Part shown: positions 59,698 to 64,000 of the stretch, piece by piece
Layout of the letters: each line of letters opens with the position of its first letter
How positions within the stretch are numbered: the first letter of the stretch is position 1
From: an uncultured Fimbriimonadales bacterium
GTDB lineage: Bacteria > Armatimonadota > Fimbriimonadia > Fimbriimonadales > ATM1
Direction of reading: 5' to 3'
Assembly: GCA_964631245.1 (NCBI GenBank)
Contig: CAZVXY010000005.1
Coordinates: 105,497 to 169,496, forward strand
Length of the DNA: 64,000 bases
Translations under genes and position numbers: made by a program
Notes under the pieces: model-generated
Databases searched by the model: none
Told to the model about the DNA's origin: nothing
Seen by the model: the letters and a program-made list of their open reading frames with translations, nothing else

Positions 59698-61158
59698 ATG
59701 TTGCGAGTGATGACGTTGGTGATGATGGCACTGCCTGCTCTGGGTGCTTGGACGCAGGCACCCTTTACCATCGTGCGCCCTACTGAGGGGGCGAAGGTTC
59801 GCGAAGTAGTGGAGATTCTCCTGCCCAAGGGGAGCATCCCCCGGGGAGGGTTTATCGGCGTTTCGGTAGATGGGAAGTTTTTGGAAGCGCGGGTCCCCAC
59901 CTTTGATGAGAAGCGTGGGTTTTATGTGTATCAGTTGGACACAAAGGCTCGGGGTATCCAGGATGGGGAGCGAACCATTGCGGTGAATTTATATGCCAAT
60001 GTTCAGGGCAAGCCGGTGATAGCGGACCGCTCGGAGGTGCGGGTTCGCGTGGCGAATCACGAGGGGATTCCTGTTCCTAAGGAAGGCTTGCTCCTGCGAT
60101 ACAAGTTTCAACCGGGAAGGGAGCTTTTTTACCAAATGGAGCAGGGGCTTTTCCTCTCCACGTGGACTCAGTCTCGGAGCCGTATGGGAGGACGGGCGAC
60201 CGAGATTCCCATTGCGACAGGGCAGTACCGTGTCCTGCATGCTGTGGATAACGTGAAGCCTGATGGGACGGCGGTCGTTCGTTATCAGTTAGTGCCTCAG
60301 CCTGGGAAGGATTATGTGGTGGCACGGCTGAGGGGCCAAACTCAGCCTGAGAAGGTCCCTGTGGATGAGCTGGCGCCGTTCTACAGGGTGATGAATCCCT
60401 TGGGGAAGGAGATTTATGCGGATGTGCCTTATTGGATTGGCAGACGAGAGCAGTCGGGCTCGGGTATGTATCGGGGGGTTTATTACCTGTTGCCCACTCC
60501 CGAGTTGCCTGAGGACCGCGTGCGCGTGGGGGACGTCTGGCAGGGGGCACTCCTGTTCCCCATTGAGCCGGAGGATCAGAACCTGGACGCCCTGGATTAC
60601 ATAAAAGAAATGGGCAAGTCGGTAGACCGTGTCCAGGCTCGTGGAACGCTCGTCAGTGTGGAGTGGGAACAGGGGAAGCCTTGTGCCAAGTTGCGGTATG
60701 AGATTGAATATGGATTGCCCGAGCGGGTTCAGCGTGTCCTTCGGGTGATGGACCAGGAATTCCGTGGGGACCAGCGGTTGCGCTATGAGCAGACTATCTG
60801 GCTCTCTCTGGATGATGGAGTGCTGGTTAGAAATGAACTGGTGGTGGAAGCGGACTTCCGGGTGGAAGAGGCACAAGGTCAAGGTGCCCCGGGTGCGGGA
60901 GGACCTGGTGGAGGCGCTGGTCCCACTCCTGGGGGCCGGGAGCGACCCGCGGTTGCGGGCGGTGGTGGTGGAGGAGGTGCGGGGGGACCTGCGGGAGTGG
61001 GTATGGTTGCTCCCCAGGGTCGCGAGCGCCCTGCCATAGGGGGGACTGCTCCTGGAGCCCAGATGGGTGGTGGTCCGGGAGGACGGGGACAGGGAACTCG
61101 TGGAGATGCGCGGTTCGTGCGCCAGCGAGCTTTCTTCAGAATGATTTTGGAGAAATAG
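59698..61158 (+). CDS. hypothetical secreted protein with a Gly-rich repetitive C-terminal region
   Basis: The ATG at 59698 follows AAGGAGGG. Signal peptide MLRVMTLVMMALPALGAWTQA. The C-terminal roughly 90 aa is G/P/A-rich and contains two GRERPA(V/I) units. Confidence 0.65.
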   Translation: MLRVMTLVMMALPALGAWTQAPFTIVRPTEGAKVREVVEILLPKGSIPRGGFIGVSVDGKFLEARVPTFDEKRGFYVYQLDTKARGIQDGERTIAVNLYANVQGKPVIADRSEVRVRVANHEGIPVPKEGLLLRYKFQPGRELFYQMEQGLFLSTWTQSRSRMGGRATEIPIATGQYRVLHAVDNVKPDGTAVVRYQLVPQPGKDYVVARLRGQTQPEKVPVDELAPFYRVMNPLGKEIYADVPYWIGRREQSGSGMYRGVYYLLPTPELPEDRVRVGDVWQGALLFPIEPEDQNLDALDYIKEMGKSVDRVQARGTLVSVEWEQGKPCAKLRYEIEYGLPERVQRVLRVMDQEFRGDQRLRYEQTIWLSLDDGVLVRNELVVEADFRVEEAQGQGAPGAGGPGGGAGPTPGGRERPAVAGGGGGGGAGGPAGVGMVAPQGRERPAIGGTAPGAQMGGGPGGRGQGTRGDARFVRQRAFFRMILEK

Positions 61159-61288
61159 GCATCGGGCATCCCTTTTTTGCCCGTGGGCTGTTTTCTTCTC
61201 CCTCGAGTGTTTTTGTGCGAGAATAACACAAAACACGGTGCTTCCCGCCCTTTGGGTCATCCTGGGAAGGCGGTATGAGATGTAAAGA

Positions 61289-62095
61289 ATGGCGCAACCC
61301 AGAGAGTTTTCAGAGCCTGCCCGTGAAGCGGTAGATCGCGACGACCCGGAAGCCTACCGTGCTCCGCTGGTGGTGCATTTAGAGGAACTTCGGGCGCGGG
61401 TTCTCCGATCTCTTTTATATTTATGCGTGCTGTGGGGGGGAGGGTGGTTTGTAGCCCCTGCGGTGTATTCCTGGCTTGAGGGATTCCTCTTTGATCCTGC
61501 TATATTGCCCCAGGGGGTGGATGTTCGGCTGACGTTTAGCAATTTTGCGGATGCTTTTTTCCTTCGCTTGAAGATTTCCTTTGTGCTGGGGTTGATAGGG
61601 GCGAGCCCTTTGATTCTCTGGGAGATGTGGGGGTTTGTGCGTCCTGGCTTGAAGCGACAGGAGAGGCTTGCGGTACGGGCTTTGGCTCCTGTAAGCATCG
61701 TGTTGTTTGTGGCTGGGGTGGTATTTGCGTTTTTCATTTTGAAGCCTGCGTTCCGGTGGTTTTTGTCGTATCTTGATGATTTTAAGGGCTCGGCTCTTTA
61801 TCAACAGCCTGGGGCATTTGCGGTTTTTATTTTGAAGATGGTGTTGGCGTTTGGTGTCGGTTTTCAAATGCCGGTGATCGTTTGGTTCCTTGCCAAGGTG
61901 GAACTGTTGAGTTCGGAATCCCTTCTGAGGAACTGGCGCATTGCGGTGGTGGTGATAGTGGCGGTTTCTGCCTTTCTTACTCCCAGTGGGGATTTCTTTA
62001 GCCTGGCGATGATGTCCACGCCCCTGGTATTGTTGTATTTTGCAGGCACGATGGCGGCGAGGGTGACAGAACGGCGGAGGGCAAAAGGGAAATGA
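61289..62095 (+). CDS. tatC: twin-arginine translocase subunit TatC
   Basis: 268 aa. N-terminal LVVHLEELRARV (HLxELRxR) and six hydrophobic helices in the typical TatC spacing. Confidence 0.9.
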   Translation: MAQPREFSEPAREAVDRDDPEAYRAPLVVHLEELRARVLRSLLYLCVLWGGGWFVAPAVYSWLEGFLFDPAILPQGVDVRLTFSNFADAFFLRLKISFVLGLIGASPLILWEMWGFVRPGLKRQERLAVRALAPVSIVLFVAGVVFAFFILKPAFRWFLSYLDDFKGSALYQQPGAFAVFILKMVLAFGVGFQMPVIVWFLAKVELLSSESLLRNWRIAVVVIVAVSAFLTPSGDFFSLAMMSTPLVLLYFAGTMAARVTERRRAKGK

Positions 62096-62158
62096 GCCGT
62101 TTTCTTTTTTCCGTCCCGTTCTTTACGGAGGCAGTCTTCGTGATGATTCAAGGTCGTG

Positions 62159-64000
62159 GTGAAAGTTAAGCGTTTATCCCCCACTGAGATCCTGGAAAGA
62201 CTGAAGTGCGCGCGCTTTTATCAGGGACAACTGGTGAGTGCCCACGTGATGCCCCCCGCGGAGGCACGGTTTCTGGACCTGCGCTCTCCTCTTGATCCCG
62301 GAGTGCGTTCTCGCCTGGAGGAATGGGGGATTACGAAGTTATTTACTCATCAAGCGGAGGCGTTTCACAAGGTAGGGGAGGGAAAAGATGTGGTGGTGAC
62401 GACGGGAACGGGGAGCGGGAAAACGCTGTGCTACAACCTTCCCGTCCTTCATTGTCTTGTTGGAGAGCCTGCGGGGCGCGCCCTTTATCTTTTTCCCACC
62501 AAGGCGTTAGCCCAGAATCAACTGGACAAGCTCCGCCAGATGGCTCCTCCGGGCATCCGATTTGCCACTTATGATGGCGACACCCCGAAGCGCGAGCGAG
62601 GAGCTATTCGCAAGAATGCCCACATCGTGTTGACCAATCCCGATATGCTTCACGTGGGCATTCTTCCCAATCATCCCCTGTGGGCTCGCTTTTTGAAGAA
62701 TTTGCGGTTTGTTGTTCTTGATGAACTGCATAGTTACACCGGGGTGTTTGGTTCTCATGTGGCGCTGGTTTTGAGGCGCTTATTGAGGCTTTGTGAGTGG
62801 TTGGGTTCTCGTCCTCAAATCATTGCTTGTAGTGCCACCCTTCAGAATCCTGGCGAGCATTTTTACGCCCTCACGGGAAGGGAGGCGGAGGTGGTGGCGG
62901 AGGATGGTGCCCCGCGAGGAGAAAGATGGGTCGTGATGTGGAATCCTCCTCAGGTGGATGGGGTGAATCGTCGGAGTCCTTTAGTAGAGACCGCGATGGT
63001 GACCGCTTTTTTGATGCGGTTGGGGGTGCGCCTCCTTGTCTTTTCCCGGACGCGCATCGGTGCGGAACTGGTGCTCACCTATGTGCGCCGTCAACTGGAG
63101 GATGAAGGGCAGACTACTTTGCAGGAGAAGATAGAAAGTTACCGTGCAGGATATACACCGGAGCAGAGAAGGGATATTGAGCGTCGGCTTTTTACGGGGG
63201 AATTATTAGCGGTAAGCGCCACCAATGCGATGGAGTTAGGCGTGGATGTGGGGCATCTGGACGCGGTTGTCCTCAATGGTTATCCTGGAACCGTGACCAG
63301 TTTTCACCAGCAGGCGGGGCGTGCGGGGCGAGCAGAAGGAGCCGGGCTGGCAATTATGATCGCAGGGGAGGACCCTCTGGAGCAATACGTGGCGACCCAT
63401 CCCGAAGTGGTTTTGGGGGAGAAGTCTCATCGCGCTATCATTCGTCCTTCCAACCCTTATATCCTGCAGGCGCATCTTGCATGTGCTGTTCACGAAAAGC
63501 CAATGGCACCTCACGAGTTGGAGGATTTTCCTGAGAACGCCTTGTGCCTTCTGGAGGAGATGGAGCAGGGGGTGGGCTTCGGTGGGGGGCTTCAGAGACG
63601 AGCGGGTTTGTGGTTTTTCCCTGCTTTGCAGAGTCCTGCTTCCCAGGTGGACCTGCGGGGGGCGGATGAGACCTATCTCATCGTTGCGGAGGGGAGCGTT
63701 TTGGGGTCTATGGAGGGATGGCGCGCTTTTCAATGGGCTCACGAGGGGGCTATTTATCTGCACCGTGGAGAAACTTATATTGTCAGGCATTTAGACATTC
63801 CTCAGAGACTTATTTCCGTAGAGCCTATATGGGGTGATTACTACACGCGCTCCGTGGTGGAAACCACAGTGGAGCCTCTCGCGGAGATACAGATGCGGGA
63901 GATGGGGCGGTGTTTGGTTCGGCATCTGGCTTTGCGTGTAACGACTCAGGTGGTGGGTTTTCGTCGGGTAGCTCTGGTGGGTGAGGAAGTGCTTTCCTAT
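62159..64000 (+). CDS. DEAD/DEAH-box helicase, YprA/MrfA (Hrq1-like) family, 3'-truncated by the window edge
   Basis: Not in the ORF track because no stop falls inside the window. My translation from GTG 62159 (or 62156) reads VKVKRLSPTEILERL...THQAEAF...TTGTGSGKTLCY (motif I)...VVLDELHSYTG (DExH)...SATLQNP...HQQAGRAGR (motif VI). The frame stays open to base 64000. Confidence 0.85.
   Translation, partial: MKVKRLSPTEILERLKCARFYQGQLVSAHVMPPAEARFLDLRSPLDPGVRSRLEEWGITKLFTHQAEAFHKVGEGKDVVVTTGTGSGKTLCYNLPVLHCLVGEPAGRALYLFPTKALAQNQLDKLRQMAPPGIRFATYDGDTPKRERGAIRKNAHIVLTNPDMLHVGILPNHPLWARFLKNLRFVVLDELHSYTGVFGSHVALVLRRLLRLCEWLGSRPQIIACSATLQNPGEHFYALTGREAEVVAEDGAPRGERWVVMWNPPQVDGVNRRSPLVETAMVTAFLMRLGVRLLVFSRTRIGAELVLTYVRRQLEDEGQTTLQEKIESYRAGYTPEQRRDIERRLFTGELLAVSATNAMELGVDVGHLDAVVLNGYPGTVTSFHQQAGRAGRAEGAGLAIMIAGEDPLEQYVATHPEVVLGEKSHRAIIRPSNPYILQAHLACAVHEKPMAPHELEDFPENALCLLEEMEQGVGFGGGLQRRAGLWFFPALQSPASQVDLRGADETYLIVAEGSVLGSMEGWRAFQWAHEGAIYLHRGETYIVRHLDIPQRLISVEPIWGDYYTRSVVETTVEPLAEIQMREMGRCLVRHLALRVTTQVVGFRRVALVGEEVLSY

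Noticed and set aside
60289-61260. 323-aa and 116-aa minus-strand ORFs opposite the Gly-rich tail gene
   Set aside because: They are generated by the GC-rich GGN-repeat DNA, which reads as Pro/Arg/Ser runs. The plus-strand gene has an SD, a signal peptide and a coherent globular N-terminal domain.
62323-62574. 83-aa plus-strand ORF listed in the track
   Set aside because: It is an out-of-frame ORF inside the YprA/MrfA-like helicase gene, whose frame (62159 onward) carries motifs I, II and VI.

Overview
This is a compact, roughly 90% coding, moderately GC-rich stretch of bacterial chromosome. All calls come from reading the supplied translations and the DNA by eye; no searches were run.

Most of the window is housekeeping:
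- ligA-ogg and rpoB-rpoC (large subunits; beta-prime carries a trigger-loop insertion)
- a SpoIID-like gene and proline dehydrogenase
- leuD-galT, and a tauE-membrane-ispE-NTP-transferase operon
- pckA, serC, and mgtC
- a Tat-exported xanthine-dehydrogenase-family oxidoreductase
- a dnaK-hsp20-dnaJ-hspR heat-shock operon with a HAIR-like operator
- a DUF4446-ECF sigma-anti-sigma operon
- lepB, a NUDIX gene, and a lone GspF/PilC-like gene
- a run of J-domain, TPR, zinc-ribbon and PilZ membrane proteins
- an S8 protease, osmC, an O-methyltransferase, and tatC
- a 3'-truncated YprA/MrfA-like helicase that runs off the right edge and is missing from the ORF track

The only clear accessory element is a 4.5 kb low-GC island at 31276-35800. 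It carries a Type III-like mod-res module. Its methyltransferase is split by a frameshift at an imperfect 7-nt direct repeat and ends in a PKD-like tail, while res is intact.

I saw no rRNA, tRNA, CRISPR array, integrase or transposase. I cannot demonstrate a convincing new multi-gene system. The best leads:
- the broken R-M island
- the structured 190-nt gap beside the island
- the zinc-ribbon/TPR/PilZ gene trio
- the three tandem secreted genes (at least two paralogous) at the left edge
- a perfect 24-bp tandem duplication upstream of the protease
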